Shown here piece after piece: positions 8,966 through 19,164 of a stretch of 64,000 nt of DNA; within the stretch, counting starts at the first letter, position 1, and each line of letters starts with the position of its first letter. The translations under genes were made by a program, and so were the position numbers. The DNA is from an uncultured cyanobacterium (GTDB taxonomy: Bacteria; Cyanobacteriota; Cyanobacteriia; Phormidesmidales; Phormidesmidaceae). The stretch spans positions 128,001-192,000 of the forward strand of contig CAWBZI010000001.1 in NCBI GenBank assembly GCA_963793265.1, read 5' to 3'. The notes below the pieces were generated by a model, which worked only from the letters and a program-made list of their open reading frames with translations, did no database searches and was not told the DNA's origin.

Positions 8966-11395
8966 GTGTCTATCCTTACGCCCGCTCACGACTGGTTCGC
9001 CCAGCAAAACTGGAAGCCGCTTACCTTTCAAAAACAAACCTGGAAAGCATATCTAGCCAGTAAGAGCGGCATCATCCAGGTACCTACAGGCTCAGGTAAA
9101 ACCTACGGAGCCGTCATCGGGCCACTGATGCAAATGCTATCTGAGGCCGAAAAAACAGACAAGCCACCTGTCGGACTTCAGCTACTCTACATCACACCGC
9201 TGCGAGCTTTGTCCCGCGATATCGAAGCCTCCATTCGGCGTCCCATTGAAGAAATGGACTGGCCCATCACCGTAGAGTCTCGAACAGGCGACACCAAATC
9301 TTCAGTAAAGACTCGGCAGATCAAAAAAATGCCAAATGTCTTAATCACCACACCGGAGTCGCTAGCGGTTCTCCTCTCCTACAAAAACTCAGTCAAACGG
9401 TTTGACAGTTTACGCTGCGTGATTTTAGACGAGTGGCACGAGCTAATGGCCTCCAAACGCGGAACCCAGACTGAGCTGTGCATGTCACGGCTGCGCGAGC
9501 TAAACCCCACCGTACAAACCTGGGCAATCTCAGCAACGCTGGGAAACTTACAGGAAGCGGCTGAAGCAGCCACGGGCATAGACAGCAATCCTGTTGTTGT
9601 CCAGTCAAAGATCAAGCGCAAGACCAAAATTATCAGCATCCTACCCGAATCAGTAGACACCTTTCCCTGGGCCGGACATTTGGGCCTACGAATGTTTGAG
9701 GAGTTAGTAGCCGCGCTGGATATTGAACGCTCCACGCTAATATTCGTAAACACCCGATCGCAGGCCGAGCGATGGTTTCAGGCGCTCAACTTTTCCCTAC
9801 CCGACCACGAAAAGCAGATCGCACTACACCATGGCTCTATCGACTTCGACACCCGCCTAGCCATTGAAGCGGGCATCAAATCAGGCGATACCAAATGGGT
9901 CGTTTGCACCTCTTCCTTAGATTTAGGCGTAGACTTTCAGCCAGTAGAGCGCGTCGTTCAAATCGGCAGCGCCAAAAACCTGGCTCGACTATTGCAAAGA
10001 GCAGGCCGCTCGGCCCACCTACCCGGCGGCACATCTGAAGTGTTCTTTTTGCCCACCAATGCCTTAGAGCTGCTAGAAATATCCGCCTTTCGTAGAGGAC
10101 TCGCCGCCGGACAAATCGAGTCTCGCCATACGCTAGACAAGCCTTATGACGTGCTGCTTCAGCACTTAGTTACATTAGCCTGCGGCGATGGGTTCTCAGC
10201 GAAAGAAACGTTTGCAGCCATTAAGAATACTTTTTCTTACAGAGCGCTAACACAAACAGAATTTGACTGGATATTAGACTTCTTGCAGCATGGCGGGAAG
10301 TGCCTGAAAGCCTATCCACGCTATCAGAAGCTCGTAGTTGAAGACGGTAAGTACGTGATTGCCTCGCCGCAAATTTCAAGAATGCATAAGCTGAGTATTG
10401 GCACAATTACCGGCAATCAGCAGGTAAAGATTGCCTATGCCAAAGGTAGCCGTATCGGTACGGTAGAAGAGAGCTTTGTTTCAAGACTCAAGAAAGGAGA
10501 TGTGTTCTTTTTTGCCGGACGACAGCTCGAATTCTTTCAGATGAAAGATATGACCTTGTACGTGAAGAATGCAAAGAAAAAATCTAACGTAGTGCCTGTT
10601 TGGAGTGGCGGCTATATGGCCATTTCAGACTGCTTGAGTCAATTCATTCGAGAAGAAATCACGCAGGCTAAAGAAGGCAACGTGAGCCGAGAAGTCGAAT
10701 GCATTATGCCAATATTGGCTGCGCAGGATCGAATTTCTCACCTACCAAGCGCCGATCAGTTCTTAATTGAATGTTGCCGTACGCGCGAAGGACAGCATCT
10801 ATACGTCTATCCTTTCGAGGGTCGTAATGTACACGAAGGCATTGGTTTTTTATGGGCTTATCGATTCTCGCAGCTCGGTAAAGCCACCTTTACGGTATCA
10901 GTGAACGATTATGGATTCGAGATCTTAGCACCTAAAGACTATCCATTCGCGAAGCTGTTTGATGAGGGATTCTTCTCTACTCGAAACCTGTACGAAGAAA
11001 TAAAAGAGAGTTTAAATATCTCCGAGCTGACCCAGCGTCGGTTTCGGGGCATTTCTCAGGTGTCAGGGCTGGTGTTTAAGGGCTACCCAAGTTCACGTAA
11101 AACAGCGAATCAGGTTCAGATTAGCTCATCGCTTATCTATGAGGTATTTACTAAATATGAGCCGGATAATTTACTGCTTCAGCAGGCTGAAAGAGAGGTC
11201 ATTGATTCGCAAATGGAGACGCCAAGGCTAGCAGCGGCCCTGAAGCGAATTAATCAGCTAGAACTGGTATGGCAGGAGATTAAGCGGCCTTCTCCTTTGG
11301 GGTTTCCGCTGCTGGTGGAGCGATTGAGTTCAAGGCTGACCAATGAGAGTTTGCGCGATCGCATCGAACGCCTAAAGCAGCAGTGGGACAAGTAG
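8966..11395 (+). CDS. Lhr-family DEXH-box helicase (ligase-associated DNA damage response type)
   Basis: PTGSGKT, YITPLRAL, TTPESL, DEWH, SAT, HHGS, TSSLDLGVDF, QRAGRSAH, PFEGR motifs; 809 aa, Lhr-core size. Confidence 0.92.
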   Translation: MSILTPAHDWFAQQNWKPLTFQKQTWKAYLASKSGIIQVPTGSGKTYGAVIGPLMQMLSEAEKTDKPPVGLQLLYITPLRALSRDIEASIRRPIEEMDWPITVESRTGDTKSSVKTRQIKKMPNVLITTPESLAVLLSYKNSVKRFDSLRCVILDEWHELMASKRGTQTELCMSRLRELNPTVQTWAISATLGNLQEAAEAATGIDSNPVVVQSKIKRKTKIISILPESVDTFPWAGHLGLRMFEELVAALDIERSTLIFVNTRSQAERWFQALNFSLPDHEKQIALHHGSIDFDTRLAIEAGIKSGDTKWVVCTSSLDLGVDFQPVERVVQIGSAKNLARLLQRAGRSAHLPGGTSEVFFLPTNALELLEISAFRRGLAAGQIESRHTLDKPYDVLLQHLVTLACGDGFSAKETFAAIKNTFSYRALTQTEFDWILDFLQHGGKCLKAYPRYQKLVVEDGKYVIASPQISRMHKLSIGTITGNQQVKIAYAKGSRIGTVEESFVSRLKKGDVFFFAGRQLEFFQMKDMTLYVKNAKKKSNVVPVWSGGYMAISDCLSQFIREEITQAKEGNVSREVECIMPILAAQDRISHLPSADQFLIECCRTREGQHLYVYPFEGRNVHEGIGFLWAYRFSQLGKATFTVSVNDYGFEILAPKDYPFAKLFDEGFFSTRNLYEEIKESLNISELTQRRFRGISQVSGLVFKGYPSSRKTANQVQISSSLIYEVFTKYEPDNLLLQQAEREVIDSQMETPRLAAALKRINQLELVWQEIKRPSPLGFPLLVERLSSRLTNESLRDRIERLKQQWDK

Positions 11396-11572
11396 CCTAG
11401 CATCTTTATGTTTGCGGCGGCGTTGTTGCACCGAATGTAGAGAAGAGAGCGGTCAGCTAATAAATTCTTTTGCTGAGGGTAGCGTTTCAGCTCAGCAGAC
11501 ATAGCTATCCGGCTCAGCGTACTACAGCCGTACTCTTTATTTGTGCAACAACACCGCTCTTCTATATTTCTT

Positions 11573-12049
11573 CTAAATACGAGTTTTTGAGTTTTGAGCA
11601 TCTTGAACAGATACTGAACTATATTTCTTTAATGATGCATAAAAAACAACAGCTACATGGCAATACAAAATGGTCGTACAAAGGGAGATTTCTCTCATAC
11701 GCCAATAATCGAAGTTTTCTAACGTATAACCTGATGAAATGTATAAAAACAGATGAAAAAGTCCCGCTACGCTTCCATAAATCCACGTACACAGAATAGA
11801 CAACTTGATCCATATTGGACAAAGGCTTAATACGGCCCTATACCAATCCTGACTATTGCTATGAAGTTTATGCATATTCAGAATAGCTAACCATCCAGAG
11901 AAGATGAGAAGCAATGATGAATCATTGTAAGCAGGTAGCTGGTCTGTTGGTTGTAGTGTCAATAAGTGGGTGTGTACAATTGCATTTCTAACTACTTCTA
12001 TTAAGCAGAAACCCACGGTTCGCTGATCACTACAGGTAGTGTTTTCCAA
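11573..12049 (-). CDS. Possible hypothetical membrane protein or remnant in an AT-rich segment
   Basis: 158-aa ORF with hydrophobic stretches; TTG start; no recognisable family. Confidence 0.25.
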   Translation of the reverse strand: MENTTCSDQRTVGFCLIEVVRNAIVHTHLLTLQPTDQLPAYNDSSLLLIFSGWLAILNMHKLHSNSQDWYRAVLSLCPIWIKLSILCTWIYGSVAGLFHLFLYISSGYTLENFDYWRMREISLCTTILYCHVAVVFYASLKKYSSVSVQDAQNSKTRI

Positions 12050-12379
12050 TAGAGAAAAACACGCCGATGGCGTACTCGTAACTTTGAACGTACTACCTAT
12101 AGTAGATGCCAGAGTTTAGAACCGCTATATGTGGGAAGTGAGCGAACCGTCAACAGAAAGTTAAGAAAAACTTGTTTATAAGTTTTGACCTACTCACAAT
12201 ATTAAAATATCCTAACTGCTGAATCTATCCGAAGGTACTCTCAAGCTCATCGACATATCTAAACACTTTAATATGCTTCAAGAGGGTACCCATAAGCTTG
12301 GGAAAGGCTGAGCTATGCGGCTTACGCAGCATCTACTCTAGACATAGCTTTTGTTGCGATTGACTTCGTAATTTATCAT

Positions 12380-12778
12380 CTACTCAACTAAAGCTATAGG
12401 AATAAACCGTCTATAGCTTTCAAAGTCTTTGTCGGTTGTCAGAATAGAGTACTGCCGTCTAGTAGATATTGCACAAATCAAGAAGTCAGTATTTGCACCT
12501 TGAATGCCCTGCTGACGACAAGTATTGAAGTAGCTAGCAGCTAGCTCATAATCTTCTGTTTCCAAAGAAAAACTAGGAAACGTACGCAAAACAGATTTCA
12601 ACCGCTCGTACTGTGATTGCTCTCGAATGCCAGAAAGCAACTCTTGCCTTACAGCACCGACCAAAACCACTCGACCGTCCGTAATGAGTTCTTGTAGCAC
12701 TGCAACTTTTGGGTGTAGCTGCACTTGAGAGCGCCTAAAAGCCAAAGACCAAACAGAGGTATCAACAACAACCTTCAT
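12380..12778 (-). CDS. vapC: VapC-family PIN-domain toxin
   Basis: VVDTSVW, QELLSG, TDFLI and TTDKDF acidic PIN motifs. Confidence 0.9.
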   Translation of the reverse strand: MKVVVDTSVWSLAFRRSQVQLHPKVAVLQELITDGRVVLVGAVRQELLSGIREQSQYERLKSVLRTFPSFSLETEDYELAASYFNTCRQQGIQGANTDFLICAISTRRQYSILTTDKDFESYRRFIPIALVE

Positions 12779-12975
12779 TGTTTGTGACGCTGTTCTTTGT
12801 AGTCATAATCGTCTTCATAATCGATAGTGCCGAACAGCTCAATCACTTCAAGCTGCTTGCGACGCTGGACGTATTCTTTTAAGGCTTCTAGTACAACGGC
12901 CTGCTCTGTGCGGTGACGGCCTAGCCTTAGCGCCTCTTTAATTAGCTCGCTATCAATTTCAAGATTGGTGGTCAT
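12775..12975 (-). CDS. vapB: VapB-family antitoxin (DUF2191 type)
   Basis: MTTNLEIDSELIKEAL...ALKEYVQRRKQL...LFGTIDY; ATGA overlap with vapC; ATG at 12975 preferred as start. Confidence 0.88.
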   Translation of the reverse strand: MTTNLEIDSELIKEALRLGRHRTEQAVVLEALKEYVQRRKQLEVIELFGTIDYEDDYDYKEQRHKQ

Positions 12976-13155
12976 GTCAACTTCCAATAGTGACTACTCC
13001 TTAGCTAATTGTCGCATGGTTGCGATATGTACGACTCCTTCAATAGTTTGCTTTACGGAAATCCCCCCATCAGGCAGAGCACGCGCAGTAAGCCTCTTGC
13101 TACGCTATGGATACAGAAAGTTAACAATAGTAGCCTACAAGCGGTACTGGAAAAT

Positions 13156-15045
13156 ATGCCAATCAAAGACAAAGAACCTCAGCAGCGGCGCAAGCGAGCC
13201 AACTGGATTTTGCTGGCCATCAGTGCGGTTCTGCTTATTAGTACGTTTTTGCCGAACTCTTTTAGCCAGGCGGCAGAGCAAGTACCCTACAGCACGTTCA
13301 TTAGCCAGGTGAAAGAGCATCAGGTTACGAGTGCGAGCGTAGGCGAAAAGCAAATTCAATATCAACTAGAAGAAGGTGGCGCACTCTATCAAACGACGCC
13401 CGTTTTCGATCTCAACTTGCCTACACTTTTGCAAGACAATGATGTTCAGTTTTCGGCAACGCCACCTTCTGGAAACGCATGGTTTGGTAGCCTGCTGAGC
13501 TGGGTCATTCCACCCCTCATCTTTGTCGCAGTGTGGCGATTCTTCCTGACTCGTGGTCAGGGCGGCGGTGGTCAGGGCGGTATGTTTTCGATTGGGAAAA
13601 GCCGCGCCAAGATTTATGTAGAAGACGAAGACACCAAAATTAAATTCACGGACGTTGCAGGCGTCGATGAGGCCAAAACAGAGCTAGTTGAGATTGTAGA
13701 CTTTTTGCAAAACTCAAAGCGATTTACTGACTTAGGGGCGCGCATTCCTAAAGGCGTGCTGCTAGTTGGCCCTCCCGGTACAGGCAAAACGCTGCTTGCT
13801 AAGGCAGTTGCCGGAGAAGCAGGCGTGCCGTTCTTTAGTATTTCGGGCTCTGAGTTTATTGAGATGTTTGTCGGCGTCGGCTCTTCCCGTGTGCGTGACT
13901 TGTTTGAGCAGGCGAAAAAGCAGGCTCCTTGCATCATCTTTATTGATGAGCTAGACGCGATTGGTAAGTCACGCTCGTCAGGTGGCTTTTATGGCGGTAA
14001 CGATGAGCGCGAGCAAACGCTAAACCAGCTTTTGGCTGAGATGGACGGTTTTGATGCTGAAGAGTCTACGATTATTGTGCTGGCAGCAACAAACCGGCCC
14101 GAGATTTTAGACCCAGCGCTGCTGCGGCCCGGTCGATTTGACCGGCAGGTGCTAGTTGATCGGCCTGATTTGAAAGGGCGTGATGCGATTTTGAATATTC
14201 ATGCCAAGGAAGTTAAGCTCTCTGATGAGGTGGATTTGAAGGCGATCGCAACCCGCACCCCCGGATTTGCAGGCGCAGACTTAGCCAACCTCGTCAACGA
14301 AGCTGCCCTCCTCGCCGCCCGCCGCCACAACGAATCTGTAGAGCAGCAAGACTTTGCAGAAGCGATTGAGCGCGTAGTGGCTGGCCTTGAAAAGCGCAGC
14401 CGGGTGCTCAATGACAAAGAGAAAGAGATTGTCGCTTATCACGAAGTCGGTCACGCTTTAGTGGGTGCCGCTATGCCAGGAACCGATCAGGTAGAAAAAA
14501 TTTCTATTGTGCCTCGGGGTATGGCCGCGCTGGGCTACACCTTACAGATGCCGACTGAAGATCGCTTTTTACGAGACGAGGCTGAGCTGAAAGGGCAGAT
14601 TGCAACCATGCTTGGCGGTCGCTCTGCTGAAGAAGTCGTGTTTGGTTCGATTACAACTGGCGCGGCTAACGACTTACAGCGCGCAACCGATGTGGCTGAG
14701 CAAATGGTGACGAGCTATGGCATGAGCGAAGTGCTTGGGCCACTGGCATACGACCGCAGCAAGCAAAACAACTTCTTAGACAACGGGCAAGCGCCTAATG
14801 CTCGTCGTTTGGTCAGTGACGAAACGGCTAAGGCCATAGACCAAGAAGTGAAAAGTATTGTAGAATCTGCGCACCAAAGGGCGCTGACTATCTTGCGAGA
14901 CAATCGCGAGCTGCTAGAGGAAATCTCTCAGCTACTGCTTAGCGAAGAAGTGATCGAGGGTCAGTATCTTCGAGACATGTTGAATAAAGTGCAGCTAGGT
15001 ACAAAGATTGATGAGGCCGTAGAGAAGGAGATGGCAGAAGTTTAA
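13156..15045 (+). CDS. ftsH: ATP-dependent zinc metalloprotease FtsH (FtsH4-like)
   Basis: Two TM segments, [16 protein letters not shown], second region of homology, HEVGH zinc motif. Start taken at ATG 13156 (MPIKDK). Confidence 0.95.
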   Translation: MPIKDKEPQQRRKRANWILLAISAVLLISTFLPNSFSQAAEQVPYSTFISQVKEHQVTSASVGEKQIQYQLEEGGALYQTTPVFDLNLPTLLQDNDVQFSATPPSGNAWFGSLLSWVIPPLIFVAVWRFFLTRGQGGGGQGGMFSIGKSRAKIYVEDEDTKIKFTDVAGVDEAKTELVEIVDFLQNSKRFTDLGARIPKGVLLVGPPGTGKTLLAKAVAGEAGVPFFSISGSEFIEMFVGVGSSRVRDLFEQAKKQAPCIIFIDELDAIGKSRSSGGFYGGNDEREQTLNQLLAEMDGFDAEESTIIVLAATNRPEILDPALLRPGRFDRQVLVDRPDLKGRDAILNIHAKEVKLSDEVDLKAIATRTPGFAGADLANLVNEAALLAARRHNESVEQQDFAEAIERVVAGLEKRSRVLNDKEKEIVAYHEVGHALVGAAMPGTDQVEKISIVPRGMAALGYTLQMPTEDRFLRDEAELKGQIATMLGGRSAEEVVFGSITTGAANDLQRATDVAEQMVTSYGMSEVLGPLAYDRSKQNNFLDNGQAPNARRLVSDETAKAIDQEVKSIVESAHQRALTILRDNRELLEEISQLLLSEEVIEGQYLRDMLNKVQLGTKIDEAVEKEMAEV

Positions 15046-15103
15046 ATGCGATCTTCAGACACCTTTATCAAAACATCAAGTTAAGTTGCTGAAATCATCA
15101 TGG

Positions 15104-15138
15104 GCAGTGGGTAACCTTCAAGGAAGCTCACTGCTTTT
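15104..15138 (+). terminator. Intrinsic terminator after ftsH
   Basis: GCAGTGGG...CTCACTGC stem followed by TTTT. Confidence 0.55.
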
Positions 15139-15336
15139 CTATGTATCCATATGCGATTACCAATTCCGTAGTTCTTAAAGCTGTGGGCCTAATCGTCATA
15201 GTGAATTAAGTGGTAAGAATTGCACGGATAAAATGCTTTGGCTTTGTTTAATAAATGAAGCCACCAATCTCTTATTTAGCAGCAAGAACTGCCCTATGAT
15301 CTTCAAAAGCACCTCGGACTTAGCACCTCCAAACCT

Positions 15337-15999
15337 ATGCAGATAAAAAGAGGACAACTGAAAAGCTCAAATGCCCTGGTGCCGTCTCCTCTTACAAAGT
15401 CTGCAAACTCTCGCCGCTCTCTACTTTCTAAGCTGGTAGAAACCTGTCTTTGGGGCACAACGCTGCTAATTGCCGTGCCGCTTGCTGGCGTTGCTTACCT
15501 ACAGTATCAGCAGCAGTTTTTAGATCCGCCCGTGGCCCTTGTACTTGGGGGTGCTCCTGAGCGTGAGCAGTTTGCAGCCCAGTTTGCTAAAGACCACCCC
15601 AACGTCAGAATTTGGGTATCGTCCGGCAGTAATCCTGAGTATGCCAGATGGGTGTTTGACGAAGCGCAGGTGCCGAATGAGCAGTGGGCACTAGACTACG
15701 AGGCGGTCGATACGGTGACGAATTTTACGACGCTGGTAGATAAGCTTGAGGACAGACAGATTCGGCAGGTGTATTTGATTACGTCTGACTATCATATGAG
15801 CCGGGCAAGTGCGATCGCTCGAATCGTATTAGGCAGTCGCGGTATCAACTTCAAACCCGTCGCCATTCCGACCGACGGCGATCCTGAAAACCCTGAGACG
15901 GTGGCCAGAGAAGTAAGAGATGGGGCGCGATCGCTGCTTTGGGTCGTCACAGGCAGAACGGGATCGCAATGGAAGCGAACGCTTGGTCAGAAACCCTAA
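15337..15999 (+). CDS. YdcF/DUF218 family protein
   Basis: N-terminal TM segment, LVLGG, SSGS, DTVTNF and ITSDYHMSRA. Confidence 0.88.
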   Translation: MQIKRGQLKSSNALVPSPLTKSANSRRSLLSKLVETCLWGTTLLIAVPLAGVAYLQYQQQFLDPPVALVLGGAPEREQFAAQFAKDHPNVRIWVSSGSNPEYARWVFDEAQVPNEQWALDYEAVDTVTNFTTLVDKLEDRQIRQVYLITSDYHMSRASAIARIVLGSRGINFKPVAIPTDGDPENPETVAREVRDGARSLLWVVTGRTGSQWKRTLGQKP

Positions 16000-16086
16000 C
16001 TTTGTTCTATCTCGAAGTATTTGCTATAAGGTCATAAAACAATCCAGTTCCGGTGATAAGTAACTATCGTTTGCTCAGCTAATCTT

Positions 16087-16845
16087 ATGACAACCGTCTT
16101 ACCAGCTTCTGCCTACACCTCCTCGCAAATCAAAGTATGGCTACGCGGCCTGCTAAGTGTTGCCTGGGCCGATGGCCAGTTTGAAGAATCAGAAAAACAG
16201 CTCATTCACGCTATGGTGGAATCCGAATTTGCCCCTGGTACTGAGTTTGAAACCCTAGAGCCTATCGAACCTGAAGCCCTGGCCGCAGAGCTTCATCTAG
16301 ACAGCGCTGCCGCTCAAAATTTTCTAAGAATGGCCGTGATGGTTGCCCTGGCAAACGGCGTATATTCAGAGCCCGAAAACGATCAGATTATGGCGTTTGC
16401 TCAAGCGCTATCGATAGAGCCTAAAGCTTTGGACTCACTGCAGTCAACGCTCTACAAGCTCAGAGAGCTGGACAGTGCAAAAGCGACCGCAACAGATGCT
16501 AGCGATAATTCTGAAGGTAAAGCTTCTAAAAAAGAATCTGTCGCTGAGGCGCTACATCTACCGGCAATCGGCAAAGCGGTGGCTGACATAGATCCGCTCA
16601 AACCCGCGCGCGAATGGCTCGATCAGCTCAGCGTAGACGATCCCCGCCTCGCTCGATTTGTCTGCAAGCTTGTCCCTTCCCAGTGCCCCTTTGAGCGCGA
16701 CGTAACGCTTTTCCGTCGCAAAGTTGTGCACATCCCGCCCATGTGCAAGATCAATCCTCTATACGATCAGCTTGTCGGGCTGCGCTTTAGAGCACTCTCT
16801 TACTTAGCCGACGACTGTGGTGAAGACATCACGCCCTACACGTAA
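16087..16845 (+). CDS. TerB-like N-terminus plus 'Mo-dependent nitrogenase C-terminal' domain protein
   Basis: WLRGLLSVAWADG; C-terminal CKLVPSQCPFERDV...IPPMCKINPLYDQLVGLRFRALSYLAD. Confidence 0.88.
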   Translation: MTTVLPASAYTSSQIKVWLRGLLSVAWADGQFEESEKQLIHAMVESEFAPGTEFETLEPIEPEALAAELHLDSAAAQNFLRMAVMVALANGVYSEPENDQIMAFAQALSIEPKALDSLQSTLYKLRELDSAKATATDASDNSEGKASKKESVAEALHLPAIGKAVADIDPLKPAREWLDQLSVDDPRLARFVCKLVPSQCPFERDVTLFRRKVVHIPPMCKINPLYDQLVGLRFRALSYLADDCGEDITPYT

Positions 16846-18707
16846 TGCAGCTCAACTCAACAGCCGAGCTGATTAAGGCTGACATTTTAGTCGTAGGGGG
16901 AGGCGCTGGCGGAACAGCAGCAGCTATTCAAGCGGCGCGGCATCAGGCAAGCCTCAAGGTAGTGTTGGTTTCTGAGCTGCCCTGGCTCGGCGGAATGCTT
17001 ACCTCAGCAGGCGTATCCGCGCCCGATGGCAATGAGCTGGCAGCTTTTCAGACGGGCATTTGGGGCGAATTTTTGAAGGCGCTCAGGCAGCGTCATCCCC
17101 AAGGGCTCGGGAATGGGTGGGTCAGCTTTTTCACCTATAATCCAGCGGTGGGCGCTCAGATTTTTGCAGATTGGGCGGCAGCGCTACCTAACTTGCAGTG
17201 GATTTCGGGGCAGAGGGCTCAAGCAGTTTTACGGCAGGGTGATCGCATCACGGGCGTTCGATTTGACGCGATAACCGTACAGGCCAAAATCACGATTGAC
17301 GGCACCGAACTGGGCGACATCCTTGCACTAGCCGAAGTCCCTCACCGCTGGGGCTGGGAAACCCAAGACGTTTGGCAAGAGCCGAGCGCGCCCGTCTCAC
17401 TTACCGACCCAAGCGATCCGCTTTACAAAATCACTCAGCGCTATCCGGTGCAGTCACCGACCTGGGTTGTGATTATGCAAGACTATGGCGAGCAAAACGC
17501 ACCCACGATTGACGCGCCTCCTCGACTTTCTGCCGATAGCGAGTTTGAAAACGCCTGGGCTAACTACGGCAATGCCAATACCTCAGCCGGTGAAAATTGT
17601 CTTAATTACGGTCGGTTGCCAAACAATCAATTTATGATCAACTGGCCTCATCAAGGGAACGATTACGGCGTTAATCTTAGTCGCCTGATTGAATCAGAAT
17701 CGGCAAGAAAAGAATACGGGCAAGAAGCCCAATGGCACTCTCAATCTTTTGCTCGCTACATTCAAACGCACCTCGGTAAACGCTACGGCCTGGCACAAGA
17801 CATCTTTCCAAAAACCGCAGACTCGCCGGGCGGTGCTTTTGCACTCATGCCCTACTACCGTGAGAGTCGTCGGGTCATGGGGCTATCGACCGTTTGCGAA
17901 GGCGATATTTTGCCGGTAAAAGCAGGACAGGTGGCGGCGCTGCCAGTGAACGAGCATGGTGAGGTGAGTGCGATCGCCTACGGCAATTACCCCAACGACC
18001 ATCACTATCCTGGCTTTGAAATGCCGCTAGCGCCCAAAGCCATTTACTGGGGCGGTCGCCAGACGGGTACGCCGTTTACGATTCCCTACGAAGCACTGAT
18101 TCCTGAGAACACCAATGGTTTGTTGGCGTGCGAGAAGAATATTTCTGTTTCGCATGTTGCTAATGGGGCAACTCGGTTGCAGCCTGTCGTGCTGGGTATT
18201 GGGCAGGCGGCGGGTATGGCAGCAGCGATTTGTGTGAAGCAGGGATGTGAGCCGAGGGATTTGGGCGAGAAAGGAAGGGTGCGATCGCTCCAAACCGCCC
18301 TTCTATCGGATCAAACTGCGCCCGCCGCGATGATTCCTCTGTTCAATCTGCCACCGGAGCATCCTCAATGGCTGTCTGTACAACAGCACTATCTCGCTCA
18401 ACCTGAGGCTTATCCAACCACCGGACATCATGTTTTTTCGACCAGCTCATCAGTGCAAATACCCGCATCTATTCGATGTAATTCATCTATTTCTATCAAA
18501 GGTAGCTTTTACTGCAAAGCCGAAAGCCACTACGAACTTCACCAAAAAACAGAGAAAACCTTACCCGATCACGTTCTTTTACTAACAGTTAGATCGGAAA
18601 TTACTGAGTTTTTTATACAAGCATTGAATGGGCAACAAGTAGAGGTTATAGGTACTTGGAATTCAGCCGGAAAATGGCTGCTTTGCGAACGTATTAGAAT
18701 GCTGTAG
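16845..18707 (+). CDS. FAD-dependent oxidoreductase
   Basis: VVGGGAGG, LGGMLTSAGV, IDGTELGD, PYYRESRR, NISVSH-ANGATRLQP; 1-nt overlap with the upstream stop. Confidence 0.88.
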   Translation: MQLNSTAELIKADILVVGGGAGGTAAAIQAARHQASLKVVLVSELPWLGGMLTSAGVSAPDGNELAAFQTGIWGEFLKALRQRHPQGLGNGWVSFFTYNPAVGAQIFADWAAALPNLQWISGQRAQAVLRQGDRITGVRFDAITVQAKITIDGTELGDILALAEVPHRWGWETQDVWQEPSAPVSLTDPSDPLYKITQRYPVQSPTWVVIMQDYGEQNAPTIDAPPRLSADSEFENAWANYGNANTSAGENCLNYGRLPNNQFMINWPHQGNDYGVNLSRLIESESARKEYGQEAQWHSQSFARYIQTHLGKRYGLAQDIFPKTADSPGGAFALMPYYRESRRVMGLSTVCEGDILPVKAGQVAALPVNEHGEVSAIAYGNYPNDHHYPGFEMPLAPKAIYWGGRQTGTPFTIPYEALIPENTNGLLACEKNISVSHVANGATRLQPVVLGIGQAAGMAAAICVKQGCEPRDLGEKGRVRSLQTALLSDQTAPAAMIPLFNLPPEHPQWLSVQQHYLAQPEAYPTTGHHVFSTSSSVQIPASIRCNSSISIKGSFYCKAESHYELHQKTEKTLPDHVLLLTVRSEITEFFIQALNGQQVEVIGTWNSAGKWLLCERIRML

Positions 18708-18793
18708 TCAGGTCAATTCTTCACACAGATTTTCCTGACTTTATAGAGAGTCAACGTAACAGTGAATAACGACTTGGAAATCACTTAGCAACC

Positions 18794-19051
18794 ATGCTGA
18801 CTTCACATCATTCACTGCTCAGCGGCTTTGCAGCCGTTATTTGTGCCACAAGCGTGGTCTATCAAAGCGCGCCTCAAAATATGACAGAATCGCTTGTAGG
18901 GCCACCTGTGCCGACCAGCAAAACTGTTGACGTTTCCTATCGGGGCAGCGGTCGCGTAGAGAGCGATCCTGTAGAAACAGAACAGACTGAAGCTAACAGT
19001 AGCCGTGTTGCCCACAGAGGCAGCGGTCGCGTTCTGACTTTGCCACTGTAA
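18794..19051 (+). CDS. patX: PatX-like RGSGR-containing HetR-inhibitor precursor with two RGSGR motifs
   Basis: 85 aa with a hydrophobic N-terminus; YRGSGR (RGSGR at 18941..18955) and HRGSGR (19016..19030); lies between an FAD oxidoreductase gene and hetR, the context known for patX. Confidence 0.85.
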   Translation: MLTSHHSLLSGFAAVICATSVVYQSAPQNMTESLVGPPVPTSKTVDVSYRGSGRVESDPVETEQTEANSSRVAHRGSGRVLTLPL

Positions 19052-19164
19052 ACACCGTATTCAACGCCGCTCTTAACTGGGAATGGCTTTTATTAGTGAA
19101 TATCCGTATAGGGTGTAGAATATTGACCAGATAATAATTTCCGTATAACCAGATGATTATTTGT

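Noticed and set aside
11470..11822. ORFs 11470..11799 (+) and 11619..11822 (-)
   Set aside because: Mutually overlapping, with atypical composition and no motifs; probably spurious.
13009..13155. N-terminal extension of FtsH in the ORF track; similar extensions on gatB, ccsB, DUF29 and rfbC
   Set aside because: Family-typical N-termini begin at downstream ATGs, so the extensions look like open upstream sequence.
16087..16845. Evidence for nitrogen fixation from the 'Mo-dependent nitrogenase C-terminal' domain
   Set aside because: This domain family is widespread in cyanobacteria, and there are no nif genes in the window.
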